A DNA stretch of 34,657 nt from Candidatus Fraserbacteria bacterium (GCA_037442925.1 JBBIPG010000016.1:1-34657); one strand, 5' to 3'. Positions 19,753 to 28,690 are shown, counted from the first letter of the stretch. Translations and numbers: made by a program. The notes: generated by a model from the letters alone, not told the origin.

Positions 19753-22700
19753 GCGAGACTAAGAAGAAGCCGTCGAGTCGCCTCACACGGCGTGACGTAT
19801 TGAAAACAGCGGCCCTGTTGGGCGGTGCTGGACTCTTGGCAAGCCAGACGCCCCGGCTCTTCGAGGCGCTCGCCCGCGCCGAGTCGGATTACTTGACTCC
19901 TGTGGAAGAGTACTCCTTAGCCCAGCCAGAGAACCAGCTCTACTCGGTCTGTCTTCAGTGCAACACCGGCTGTGGAATCAAAGTGAAGATGCTCGACGGC
20001 GTCGCTGTGAAAATCGATGGAAATCCACTCAGCCCGTGGACCCTGCACCCCCATCTGCCTTACAAGACCTCGCCCTTCGAGATCGCCACAGTGGAAGGCG
20101 CGCTCTGCCCGAAAGGACAAGCAGGGCTCCAGACCGTTTACGATCCCTACCGCCTTCGCAAGGTCTTGAAGCGCAAGCCGGGAAGCAAGCGCGGTCAAAA
20201 CCACTGGGTCACGATCCCTTTCGAGCAGGCGATCACGGAGATCGTCGATGGCGGAGATCACTTTGGTGAGGGGCATGTTTCGGGTCTGCGCGAGCTATGG
20301 GCAGTGCGCGACCCTAATGTGGCCAAGCAGATGAGCGAAGACATCCAAAAGATCTGGTCTGCTCATGAGCGTAGCGAGAAAGAGAAACTCGTGGCCGAGT
20401 TCAAAGAGAAGTACCGAGAACAGCTGGATAAGCTCATTGACCCGGAGCACCCGGATCTGGGACCCAAGAACAATCAGCTGGTCTTTTTGTGGGGGCGGGT
20501 CAAGGGGGGCCGAGAGCACCTCATCCGTCGTTTCGTGCAAGATGCCTTCGGCTCGGTCAACGCCCACGGGCACACCACAGTCTGCCAGGGTTCGCTCTAC
20601 TTCACCGGCAAAGCCATGAGTGAGCAATACAAAGAAGGCCATTGGACCGGCGGCCAAAAGTTCTACTGGCAGGCCGACACAGAAAACTCGGAGTTTCTGA
20701 TCTTCGTAGGTGCATCGCCCTTTGAGGCCAACTACGGCCCTCCGGTGCGCGCCCCGCATCTGACCCACAATATGGTCGAGCATGGGCTGAAGATCGCGGT
20801 TGTCGACCCTCGACTGAGCAAGACGGCAGCCAAAGCCTGGAAATGGCTTCCCATCAGGCCCGGCACGGAAGCAGCTTTAGCTCTAGCGATGATCCGCTGG
20901 GTCATCGAGAAGGGGCGTTATGACAAGAGGTACTTGGAGAACGCCAACAAGGCCGCGGCCATGCAAGACGGCGAGCCTACGTGGTGTAATGCCAGCTGGT
21001 TAATCAAGATCGAAAACGACCGCCCGTCGACGTTTTTGCGGGCAGCCGAGATCGGCCTGAGTGAGGAAGATCGCTTTGTCGTCTGGCACGACGGGCAATT
21101 CTCAACTTGTGACCCCTACGATGAGACGACGCCCGTCGAGGGCGATCTGTTCGTCGATACGCAACTCAACGGCATCCGCGTCAAGAGCGGCCTTCAGGTT
21201 CTCTATGATGCTGCTCTGGAGCACACACTCGAAGAGTGGGCACAGATCTGCGGTCTCCCTCTGCGCGATATCGTCGAGCTGGCGCATGAATTCACTTCCC
21301 ACGGCAAGCGCGCGGCGGCAGACATTCACAGAGGCGTCAGCCAGCACACCAACGGCTTCTACAACGTCTTCGCTTGGTATGCACTCAATCTCTTGATCGG
21401 CAACTACGACTGGGCTGGCGGCCTGATCAAGAAGACCGAATATGACGCCATCGGAGACAAAGAGGGCAAGCCCTTCCCCATCAAGAAACTCCATCCAGGC
21501 AAGACTGTGCCCTTCGGGGTCTCAAACATCCGTCACGGGAACAAGTACGAAGAGACGACGCTCTTTGCGGGCTACCCGGCTAAGCGCCCCTGGTTCCCGC
21601 TGAGCAGCGATATCTATCAAGAGGTCATTCCCTCGATCGGCGATGCGTATCCGTATCCGGTCAAAGCCCTCTTTCTCTACATGGGCACACCGGGCTACAG
21701 CCTGCCCGCGGGTCAGACCAATATTGACATTCTCTCAGATCCCAAGAAGATCCCTCTCATCATCGCCAGCGACATCATCGTAGGCGAGACCAGCCTCTAT
21801 GCCGACTACATCTTCCCGGACTTGACTTATCTTGAGCGCTGGGAGTTCCATGGCTCGCACCCGAACATCGCTCCTAAAGTCCAACCCATCCGCCAGCCTG
21901 TCATTGCACCCATTCCAGAGACGGTCACAGTCTTTGGAGAAGAGATGCCGCTCTCACTGGAAGCGATGATCTTAGGAATCGCGGAAAAGCTAGGCTTGCC
22001 GGGCTTCGGACCCGGCGGATTGGGTGAAGCCGGTGACCTCAACCGGCCCGAAGACTTCTATCTCAAGATGGTTGCGAACGTCGCCTTTGGGGACAAGCCG
22101 GACGGCTCAGATGCAGTCCCCGACGCCGATGATCGTGAGGTCGAGCTCTTCCTGAAGGCAAGACGTCATCTGCCGACCAGTGTCTTCGAGCCCACAAAAT
22201 GGCAGCGTACCGTCAGCGAGTCGTTCTGGCGCAAGGTCGTCTATGTACTCAATCGGGGTGGGCGCTTCCAAGACCACGAGAAAGCGTACACACAAGACGG
22301 GAAAGTGACAAATCCCTACGGCACGCTCATCAATCTCTATCAGGAGAAGACGGCCACGACTAAGAACAGCATGACTGGAAGACTCTTTGCGGGCTATCCG
22401 CTCTATTTGCCAGCACCGGCGGATGTACTGGGGCGCCCCATTGAGGATGAAAAAGCGGGCTTCGATTTGAATTTGATCACCTACCGTGTGATCCATCAGA
22501 CGAAGTCACGGACGATCTCGAACTACTGGCTCTTGGGTATTGAGCCCGAGAATGCGGTCTTATTGAACCGACGCGACGCGGATCGCTTGGGGTTCAACGA
22601 GGGTGACACGGTCAAGATCATCTCTTCCTCCAATCCCGAGGGTGTGTGGGATCTTAAGAACGGCCGGAAGGTCCCCATGATCGGAAGGCTCAAGCTTGTG

Positions 22701-22937
22701 CAGGGTCTACGGCCGGGCGTGGTTGCCTTCAGCTTGGGCTATGGTCACTGGGCCTACGGCTCCGAAGACATGGTGATCGATGGCCGGGTGATCCGGCGAG
22801 ACGAGCGCCGCGCTCGGGGCATCCATGCCAACGCGGCCATGCGCATAGATCCCGTCTTAAAGAATACCTGCCTGCAAGATGTCACAGGCGGCAGCGTCAG
22901 CTTCTACGACAGCCGCGTCAAACTCGTCAAGATCTGA
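19749..22937 (+). CDS. ttrA: TAT-exported Mo/W-bisPGD oxidoreductase catalytic subunit, tetrathionate-reductase-like clade (TtrA/SrdA/Ttr-type arsenate reductase); substrate uncertain
   Basis: TRRDVLK TAT signal; FS0 CLQCNTGC...CPKG; GHTTVCQ putative Mo-ligand Cys; PDLTYLERW; C-terminal GYGHW, RARG..NAAM..DP; 1062 aa; B-C-A gene order. Confidence 0.8.
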   Translation: MSETKKKPSSRLTRRDVLKTAALLGGAGLLASQTPRLFEALARAESDYLTPVEEYSLAQPENQLYSVCLQCNTGCGIKVKMLDGVAVKIDGNPLSPWTLHPHLPYKTSPFEIATVEGALCPKGQAGLQTVYDPYRLRKVLKRKPGSKRGQNHWVTIPFEQAITEIVDGGDHFGEGHVSGLRELWAVRDPNVAKQMSEDIQKIWSAHERSEKEKLVAEFKEKYREQLDKLIDPEHPDLGPKNNQLVFLWGRVKGGREHLIRRFVQDAFGSVNAHGHTTVCQGSLYFTGKAMSEQYKEGHWTGGQKFYWQADTENSEFLIFVGASPFEANYGPPVRAPHLTHNMVEHGLKIAVVDPRLSKTAAKAWKWLPIRPGTEAALALAMIRWVIEKGRYDKRYLENANKAAAMQDGEPTWCNASWLIKIENDRPSTFLRAAEIGLSEEDRFVVWHDGQFSTCDPYDETTPVEGDLFVDTQLNGIRVKSGLQVLYDAALEHTLEEWAQICGLPLRDIVELAHEFTSHGKRAAADIHRGVSQHTNGFYNVFAWYALNLLIGNYDWAGGLIKKTEYDAIGDKEGKPFPIKKLHPGKTVPFGVSNIRHGNKYEETTLFAGYPAKRPWFPLSSDIYQEVIPSIGDAYPYPVKALFLYMGTPGYSLPAGQTNIDILSDPKKIPLIIASDIIVGETSLYADYIFPDLTYLERWEFHGSHPNIAPKVQPIRQPVIAPIPETVTVFGEEMPLSLEAMILGIAEKLGLPGFGPGGLGEAGDLNRPEDFYLKMVANVAFGDKPDGSDAVPDADDREVELFLKARRHLPTSVFEPTKWQRTVSESFWRKVVYVLNRGGRFQDHEKAYTQDGKVTNPYGTLINLYQEKTATTKNSMTGRLFAGYPLYLPAPADVLGRPIEDEKAGFDLNLITYRVIHQTKSRTISNYWLLGIEPENAVLLNRRDADRLGFNEGDTVKIISSSNPEGVWDLKNGRKVPMIGRLKLVQGLRPGVVAFSLGYGHWAYGSEDMVIDGRVIRRDERRARGIHANAAMRIDPVLKNTCLQDVTGGSVSFYDSRVKLVKI

Positions 22938-22942
22938 GCGAT

Positions 22943-23383
22943 TCAACTTGTCCGTGGGCAATGTATCACTAAGATGGGCTTTTGCGTCAGGTGTATCACA
23001 GCGTCGGTGACGGAGCCAAGCAACATCAACTCCAACCCGGTGCGGCCGCGCGTGCCCATGATAATGAGATCGTGCCCTTCGGCGGCCTTGACGATAGCCT
23101 GAATGGGGTTCTCCCCCTCGGCCAGTGAGGTCTCTGCTGTAACTTCAGCTTGTTGCGCAAGTTCGTGGGCCTTCTGCAGAGCATCTCTCGCGACCTTGCG
23201 GAGATCACCGAGGATCTCCTGCCCATATCTTGCCGCGATACTTCCGTAGCTGGCGATGGGGTTTTCCACCACGTAGAGGAAGGTCACCTCAGCTCCTGTC
23301 AGTTTGGCCAATTCCAGTCCTTGCTGAATGGCATGGACGCTGCAACTGCTCCCGTCGGTGGGCATCAAGATGCGCTTGTACAC
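22943..23383 (-). CDS. Universal stress protein (single domain)
   Basis: YKRILMPTDGS...DLIIMGTRGRTG..LLGSVTD.V. Start set at GTG 23383 after GAGGTG. Confidence 0.9.
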   Translation of the reverse strand: MYKRILMPTDGSSCSVHAIQQGLELAKLTGAEVTFLYVVENPIASYGSIAARYGQEILGDLRKVARDALQKAHELAQQAEVTAETSLAEGENPIQAIVKAAEGHDLIIMGTRGRTGLELMLLGSVTDAVIHLTQKPILVIHCPRTS

Positions 23384-23393
23384 GGTTGTCACC

Positions 23394-23837
23394 TCACTTT
23401 CTATGCCTTCCAGAATCAAACTCGGTCAGCAGCGCCAAGACTTTTTGCTCGATTTCGTCTCGTACCCGTCGGTAGATTTCCAGAGGCTGATCGAAGGGAT
23501 CTTCGATTCCCCAGTCGCGGGCGTCGCCACGGAAGGTCGTCGGACAGATGTTCTTGTCTGAGCAGCCCATTGTGATGACGTAGTCATAGTCTAGCAGCTC
23601 CTGTGGCGTGATCCCTTTGGAGCGATGTCCTGAGATATCAATGCCCTTCTCGGCCATGACCGTGATCGCTTGGGGATGGACGTAGCCCGCGGGCCGCGTG
23701 CCTGCGCTGGCAGCCCTGATGGTTAGGCCTCGTTCGCGCGCCTGATGATTAAAGAAGCCTTCGGCCATCTGGCTGCGACAGGAGTTGCCCACGCAGACGA
23801 AGATGACTCGCGACGGCTTGGGAGTCTGTTTACCCAT
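23394..23837 (-). CDS. arsC: Arsenate reductase, thioredoxin-coupled LMW-PTP type
   Basis: P-loop CVGNSCRSQMAEG, SAGT, GIDIS, ITMGC...CP, DWGIEDP; located in an ars operon. Confidence 0.9.
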   Translation of the reverse strand: MGKQTPKPSRVIFVCVGNSCRSQMAEGFFNHQARERGLTIRAASAGTRPAGYVHPQAITVMAEKGIDISGHRSKGITPQELLDYDYVITMGCSDKNICPTTFRGDARDWGIEDPFDQPLEIYRRVRDEIEQKVLALLTEFDSGRHRK

Positions 23838-24570
23838 CTACCGAATCTCCTTCCCTTAGAGAACTATGCCCCTCGTATTCTTTCTCCTCTCTTCGCTTGG
23901 CTTCTACTCTTTCTCGAATGCGTGCCATCATCTCCCGCAGTCGAGCGGCTTGTTCTTTCTGCTCTGAGGTTTTGGGCTCTTTTTGCGGCTGGGTGACCCG
24001 CCAGGTGAGCTTGCCCGAGAGCGGTTCTCCGGGATAGGCACCGAGATCATAGACCGTATAACCCTTAAATTCTGTAGGCTCCTCCTGGTAGCACGACCAA
24101 ACGGCCCTTCGGATCAGTTCAGGGTCGCCCTCATTCAAAAGATCAAGGATCGTGATCTGCTTGGTGAACCGCTCGATGAACTCCAAAGGAAGGTTGAAGA
24201 GATAAGGGGTGGGGGCATCGGTGCCGATGATCCTCTTGTTCTGATCGACGCCATTCTTCGCTAGGGCTTTCAAGGCATCTCCACTGGAGTGGCCTGGGGA
24301 TTCGGGACCACAGAGCACGATATAGCGAATATTCGGGTTGGCGACGATGTTGCAGACGATCTTCTCGATCCCGATGTTCTCCGTCTGCAGTGTCCCGGAG
24401 AGAGCAGCGCCGCTCTCCACGCCCACTCGGACCAGATGCTCAATATCACGCGGGATCTTCTCTTGGTCGTGGATCAGAATGACCACGACAGCGACGGGAG
24501 AGTAGTCATTTCCACGAAGATACCGCCCATCTTCCGGAGGATAGCCAGAGACCAGCGGCACTTTGAGCAT
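23830..24570 (-). CDS. MtrA-like (tetrahydromethanopterin S-methyltransferase subunit A domain) putative corrinoid protein, soluble
   Basis: YPP..G.Y..GN..SPVAV, GAA.SG.L.TENIGIEKIVCNIVANPNIRYIVLCG.ES.GH.SG..L.AL..NGVD...RIIG...P.P.L.NL...IERF..Q match the MtrA core; charged, non-membrane C-terminus; SD GGAGGAGG. Confidence 0.85.
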   Translation of the reverse strand: MLKVPLVSGYPPEDGRYLRGNDYSPVAVVVILIHDQEKIPRDIEHLVRVGVESGAALSGTLQTENIGIEKIVCNIVANPNIRYIVLCGPESPGHSSGDALKALAKNGVDQNKRIIGTDAPTPYLFNLPLEFIERFTKQITILDLLNEGDPELIRRAVWSCYQEEPTEFKGYTVYDLGAYPGEPLSGKLTWRVTQPQKEPKTSEQKEQAARLREMMARIRERVEAKRREEKEYEGHSSLREGDSVDG

Positions 24571-24573
24571 GGT

Positions 24574-24654
24574 CTACCCCTCCTCCAGTGAACCGAAGCA
24601 GTCATCGAGCACGTCGGGATAAGCGAGTCCGTAGCACGCGATCTTACGGGTCAT
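24574..24654 (-). CDS. Putative 26-aa small ORF MTRKIACYGLAYPDVLDDCFGSLEEG (or gene remnant)
   Basis: SD GAGGAG 10 nt upstream; fills most of the usp-mtrA gap; too short for the supplied ORF track. Confidence 0.4.
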   Translation of the reverse strand: MTRKIACYGLAYPDVLDDCFGSLEEG

Positions 24655-24668
24655 GTGAGGATCGCTCC

Positions 24669-25583
24669 TCATGAGGCGCGAGCGACGCAACACGGCTGGA
24701 CTAAGAGCACCGACGTCGGCGAACGCTCGGTCACCTTGCGCGAGACGCTCCCGCTGAGCATCTCCTCCAGGAAGCCCTTGCCGTGGGCGGCCATGACAAT
24801 GAGTGTGGCGTCGACCTCGTGAGCGGCTTTGATGATCTCGGCGGCGGGGATGCCCACGTGCAGGTGGGTATCGACCTGGAATCCAGCCATCTGCAAGGAC
24901 TTCTTCACCTCGTCCAAGCGATGCGTGTCATTGGTCCGAAACTCCTCGTATTTCTCCGCTGGGATCATCTTCATGACGCGTTCCTCCATCACGTGGACTA
25001 CAGCGACCTCACACACACCGGTCTCCTTGAGGCCTTTGACGTAGCTCAGCGCTTCGTGGGCACAGTCGGACCAATCCGTGGGATAAACGATCCTGTCGAA
25101 CAGATTAGTGCAGACTCGTTCACACAGATCTTTGTCATCTTCTCCCTCCAGAAAGTGATATTTCGCCACTAGGATCGGGCATGGTGCCCGCCCGATGAGC
25201 CGGTGCGTGGTGGGATCGAGATAGCCCTCGTCCCGGCGATGGCGGCGCTGCGAACCACCAATGATCAAAGAGACGCGCTCTTCAGCGGCCACGCGTAGGA
25301 TCTGCTGATACGGCAAGCCCGTCTCGATGCGTACCCGAACTTCCAGCCCTTCAGTCCTGATGGGCTCCTCCCATTCAGCGAAGCGCAGTTTGGCTAGCTC
25401 GCGCAACTGCTCGGCCTCTTGATCGCGATAGCCTTCTAACAAGTTGTGCTGCAAGCGGCGCTCGTCCACCACATGTAGCAGCACGACCTCGCGGAGCCCT
25501 ACGGCCTTGAGCTGTAGCACACATTGGAGCAGATCGTAGGAGAACTCGTCGAAGTCAGTCGGGTATAGGATTTTACGGTACAT
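24669..25583 (-). CDS. Universal stress protein (tandem two-domain)
   Basis: MYRKILYPTDF... and second domain RIVYPTDWS...LIVMAAHGKG..E.LSGSVS..V. Confidence 0.9.
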   Translation of the reverse strand: MYRKILYPTDFDEFSYDLLQCVLQLKAVGLREVVLLHVVDERRLQHNLLEGYRDQEAEQLRELAKLRFAEWEEPIRTEGLEVRVRIETGLPYQQILRVAAEERVSLIIGGSQRRHRRDEGYLDPTTHRLIGRAPCPILVAKYHFLEGEDDKDLCERVCTNLFDRIVYPTDWSDCAHEALSYVKGLKETGVCEVAVVHVMEERVMKMIPAEKYEEFRTNDTHRLDEVKKSLQMAGFQVDTHLHVGIPAAEIIKAAHEVDATLIVMAAHGKGFLEEMLSGSVSRKVTERSPTSVLLVQPCCVARAS

Positions 25584-26763
25584 CTGAGCCTCCCTTTCCG
25601 GGATTGTGGGGGGTCGCCTCTCTCGTGGCCTTCATCCCATGGCAACCCGATACCATCTCAGGAGCAGTGGGGTCAGCCAGAGCTGGTTGCGCAGTCAACG
25701 CCGCAGTCGCCCGCTCCCCAAAGAGCTTCAAGCTCGTGGCTCGCGCAAACCAGACGAGGGCCAGCATGACTGGCACCTCAATCAAGGGTCCCACCACGGT
25801 CGCCAAGGCCACCGTCGGATTGAATGCCGTAATGGCAATCGCTATGGCGATCTCAAAGTCACGGCCAGTGGAGTTGAACGCCACGGCCACGGCGTCCTTG
25901 TAGGTCAGCCCCAACTTCCAGCCGGTCAGGTAGACGAAGCTGAAGATCGTCCAGAAGAAGATGGTCATGGGCACGGCCAGTTGCACGATGATGAGTGGCT
26001 GGGCCACGATGAGGTCGCCCTTGAGTGCGAACATGACGACCAGCGTGAAGAGTAAGCCAATAATAGAGAGTGAATCAAGCGCCGTCTTAAACCGAGCGAA
26101 GCCTTCCTCACCCCAGTGTCTAACGCCGAATCGCCGCGTGAGAAAGCCAGCGACCAGTGGCACACCCAAGTACAAGAGTACGCTCTCGCCCACAAGCCAG
26201 ACGTCAAAGGACACGCTCCCCAAAAGCCACTTGGCGTAGACCGGGATGAGCAGCATCTGCATGATCGAGTTGATGGCCACCAGCACGATGGCCAGGGCAT
26301 TGTTCCCAAACGAGAGGAACGTGAAGACGATCACCATGGCAATACACGGAGCTAATCCGTAGAGCACGAGGCCAGTATGGAAGTCGCTGCCCGGCTGCAG
26401 AAAGAGATTGGCAAGCAGCAGCATCCAGAAGGGCGCAATCGCAAAGTTGAAGAAGAGCACGATCAGCAATTGCTTAGGTGAGCGCACAGCCTTCCCCAGC
26501 TCTTCAAACTTGATGTTGGTCATTGCTGGGTAGATCATCAAGAAGAGTCCCAGCACAACTCCCAGCGCCAGGGTATTCGGCAAGCTGAACTGGTACGCCC
26601 CGGAGACGATGTGCTTGAGGGCGTCGATGGGCGGGGTGAGCTCGAAGTTTGAGATACCGTATGCCTTGCCAATCCAGATACCCAAAGCCATGCTGATTAT
26701 CACAAAGACGGGAAGCAGACGAAAATCTTGCAGTTTTTCCAAGACCGTTCGGACATGAACCAC
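25573..26763 (-). CDS. acr3: Arsenite efflux transporter Acr3
   Basis: LMIYPAM, GLAPCIAMV (conserved Cys), NSIMQ, RDFEIAIAIA, VGPLIEVPVM; GTG start after AAAGGAGG. Confidence 0.93.
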   Translation of the reverse strand: MVHVRTVLEKLQDFRLLPVFVIISMALGIWIGKAYGISNFELTPPIDALKHIVSGAYQFSLPNTLALGVVLGLFLMIYPAMTNIKFEELGKAVRSPKQLLIVLFFNFAIAPFWMLLLANLFLQPGSDFHTGLVLYGLAPCIAMVIVFTFLSFGNNALAIVLVAINSIMQMLLIPVYAKWLLGSVSFDVWLVGESVLLYLGVPLVAGFLTRRFGVRHWGEEGFARFKTALDSLSIIGLLFTLVVMFALKGDLIVAQPLIIVQLAVPMTIFFWTIFSFVYLTGWKLGLTYKDAVAVAFNSTGRDFEIAIAIAITAFNPTVALATVVGPLIEVPVMLALVWFARATSLKLFGERATAALTAQPALADPTAPEMVSGCHGMKATREATPHNPGKGGSDVP

Positions 26764-26775
26764 GTGCAGCCTCCT

Positions 26776-27171
26776 TTAGAGTTTTCGGTAACCGATCACG
26801 CACAGACCCTCTCTGCGACGGGTCAAGCGCGCACGCAATAGTTTTGCGTCTCTTTGAAAAACGGGATCGTCCAGCTTGCCACGGAGTGCCGATAGGATGG
26901 CACGCTGCCACGGTGCAAGCTCCTCTGCCGGAGTGTAGTAGACCCACGTGCCTCGTTGTTGTGAGTCAAGCCATCCTGCGCTCTTGAGCTGCTGCAGATG
27001 GCGCGAGACTTGATACTGTGGCAGCCGCAGGGCATCGACCAGTTCACAGACACAGATGCCCCTTTCTGAAGCGACATTCAGAATGGCCTTGAGTAAGCGT
27101 AGCCGTGTGTCATCGGCCAGCGCCTGAAAACAATGCGCTAAGTCTTCTAGAGAAAGCCTTGTATGTATCAA
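26776..27171 (-). CDS. arsR: ArsR/SmtB repressor with CVC metalloid site
   Basis: FQALADDTRLRLL, ICVCEL, QVSRHL..LK.AG, RGTWVYY. Start uncertain: TTG 27171 chosen because the promoter lies inside the longer 179-aa ORF. Confidence 0.85.
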   Translation of the reverse strand: MIHTRLSLEDLAHCFQALADDTRLRLLKAILNVASERGICVCELVDALRLPQYQVSRHLQQLKSAGWLDSQQRGTWVYYTPAEELAPWQRAILSALRGKLDDPVFQRDAKLLRARLTRRREGLCVIGYRKL

Positions 27172-27183
27172 AGCGCATATAAG
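27158..27183. promoter_or_regulatory. Putative ArsR operator
   Basis: Imperfect inverted repeat CTTGTATG-N10-CATATAAG overlapping the -10 box and the start region. Confidence 0.6.
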
Positions 27184-27210
27184 TATATAAACAGAGGGCC
27201 CCGGCGTCAA
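27182..27210 (-). promoter_or_regulatory. sigma70-type promoter of the arsR-acr3 operon
   Basis: Minus strand TTGACG-N17-TATACT. Confidence 0.75.
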
Positions 27211-27342
27211 GAGGGTGGGAGATGACCGTATCGTGGCAGGATCATACGATGTACGAAGAGAATCAGCAGTGAGACAAGGAACGCCCCACCGAAGAGGTTG
27301 AACAAGCACCTTCATTCGACTGATTCCGCGTTGGTCTACTCT

Positions 27343-27576
27343 TCACCCTTCCAGCAGTTGCTTGATCTCTTCAACGCTGGGCACGTGGCCGCTCAGCTTC
27401 ACCACACCGTCGACAGCCACAGCGGGCGTGAACATCACCTGGCGTCGCGCGATCTCCATCGCATCGTAGACGTGTGCGACCTCCGCTTGTAAGCCTAGTT
27501 CTTGCACAGCTTTCTGCACGCGGCGCTCGGTCTCGAAGCACCTGGGACAGCCACTGCCCAGAATCTCGATCTTCAT
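27343..27576 (-). CDS. Small thioredoxin-like redox-active disulfide protein (MTH895/TM0996 type)
   Basis: MKIEILGSGCPRC...VMFTPAVAVDG.VK.SG.VPS.EEIK; alternative start at 27582. Confidence 0.88.
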   Translation of the reverse strand: MKIEILGSGCPRCFETERRVQKAVQELGLQAEVAHVYDAMEIARRQVMFTPAVAVDGVVKLSGHVPSVEEIKQLLEG

Positions 27577-27595
27577 GATCATCTCTCCCTCGCTT

Positions 27596-28663
27596 TCAGA
27601 AGATGAAGTTGCCTGCGAACCAACCGACCAGTGTTCCCAAGACGATGATTGTGATCACGTACGCAGTCGCTTTGTTCACGCCGAATACCCGCGCAACCGC
27701 AAGCCAATTGGGCAGACTCAGACCTGGCCCCGTCAGCAAGAGCGCGAGTGCTGGTCCCGGCCCCATCCCCAGCTTCATCAGTGTGTCTACAAAGGGAGCC
27801 TCGGTCATCGTGGCAAAGTAGCTGACGCCTCCAATCAGCGTTGCCAAGAACGATGCGCCCAAGCCCGATCCGCCTAGAGCCGTGCGTACCCACTCCTCCG
27901 GCAAGAGTTTCCCAATAATGCCGACGACGAAAACACCTGCGAGCAGGAGCGGGAAGATAAGCCTCACGAACCACCATGTCTCGGCAAACCAGCGCTTCAG
28001 CTCTTCTCTCGGCTTGACCCGCAGTGCATAGCCGAAGACAGCAATGGTTGCCACAACCCAAACCACGATCTTCGCCCAGTAGGGTCCACTCTGTACCAGA
28101 TAGTTGGGCGCGAGAAGCGAGATGACGAGCAGTCCAAGCAGAATCAGATCTTCTTGCCCCATCAGCTTGGTGGGTGCGATCGTATGGCCGGGATTGCTGG
28201 GGACAGGCGTGGGTTGTAATCTCGCTTGCTCTTCTTGGCGAAAGACGAGCGTCATGACCCAACCGACAATGAAAGCCATCAGAAGCGCCGCTATGATGCG
28301 CACGGTCACCATCGTCACGCCCAAGATCGCTCCTGTATACGTGAGCGCGAGAATATTCGCTGCCGGAGCTACCCAGAGAACGATGAACGCGGCACCGATG
28401 GCGGCGCCGGAGTAATAAAGCCCGCTGCTCACGGGGATGACCGTGCACGAGCACGCTGCCACGAAGAAACTCCCCCCGGCAGCCAACGCGAACGCTTTCA
28501 GTCTCTGAGCCGCTGCCCCCAAGTAATAGATGATCGTCTCCTTGGAGACGAAGGTGACCATTGCGCCCGCCAATAAGAAAGCAGGAATCAAGCAGGTCAA
28601 GACGTGGAGGGCGATATAGTCTTGCAGGGCCAGCAGTCCTGCTTTGACCCATTCCCAGAGCAT
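27596..28663 (-). CDS. DUF318/ArsP-like permease
   Basis: H.LTCLIPAF.LAG, ACSCTVIP, PAAN, YFATMTE.P, GMGPGPALALLL.GP.LSLP; flanked by arsR and a thioredoxin-like gene. Confidence 0.85.
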   Translation of the reverse strand: MLWEWVKAGLLALQDYIALHVLTCLIPAFLLAGAMVTFVSKETIIYYLGAAAQRLKAFALAAGGSFFVAACSCTVIPVSSGLYYSGAAIGAAFIVLWVAPAANILALTYTGAILGVTMVTVRIIAALLMAFIVGWVMTLVFRQEEQARLQPTPVPSNPGHTIAPTKLMGQEDLILLGLLVISLLAPNYLVQSGPYWAKIVVWVVATIAVFGYALRVKPREELKRWFAETWWFVRLIFPLLLAGVFVVGIIGKLLPEEWVRTALGGSGLGASFLATLIGGVSYFATMTEAPFVDTLMKLGMGPGPALALLLTGPGLSLPNWLAVARVFGVNKATAYVITIIVLGTLVGWFAGNFIF

Positions 28664-28690
28664 GGGATGTTCACCTCCCTTGTGAGAGCT

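Noticed and set aside
23830..24570. MtrA as evidence of methanogenesis
   Set aside because: No other mtr or mcr genes in the window, no membrane anchor, and the nearby C1 genes are THF-type.
27579..28652. 357-aa alternative-frame ORF over the permease
   Set aside because: Arg/Gly-rich off-frame translation of a hydrophobic gene; the permease frame has the SD and family motifs.
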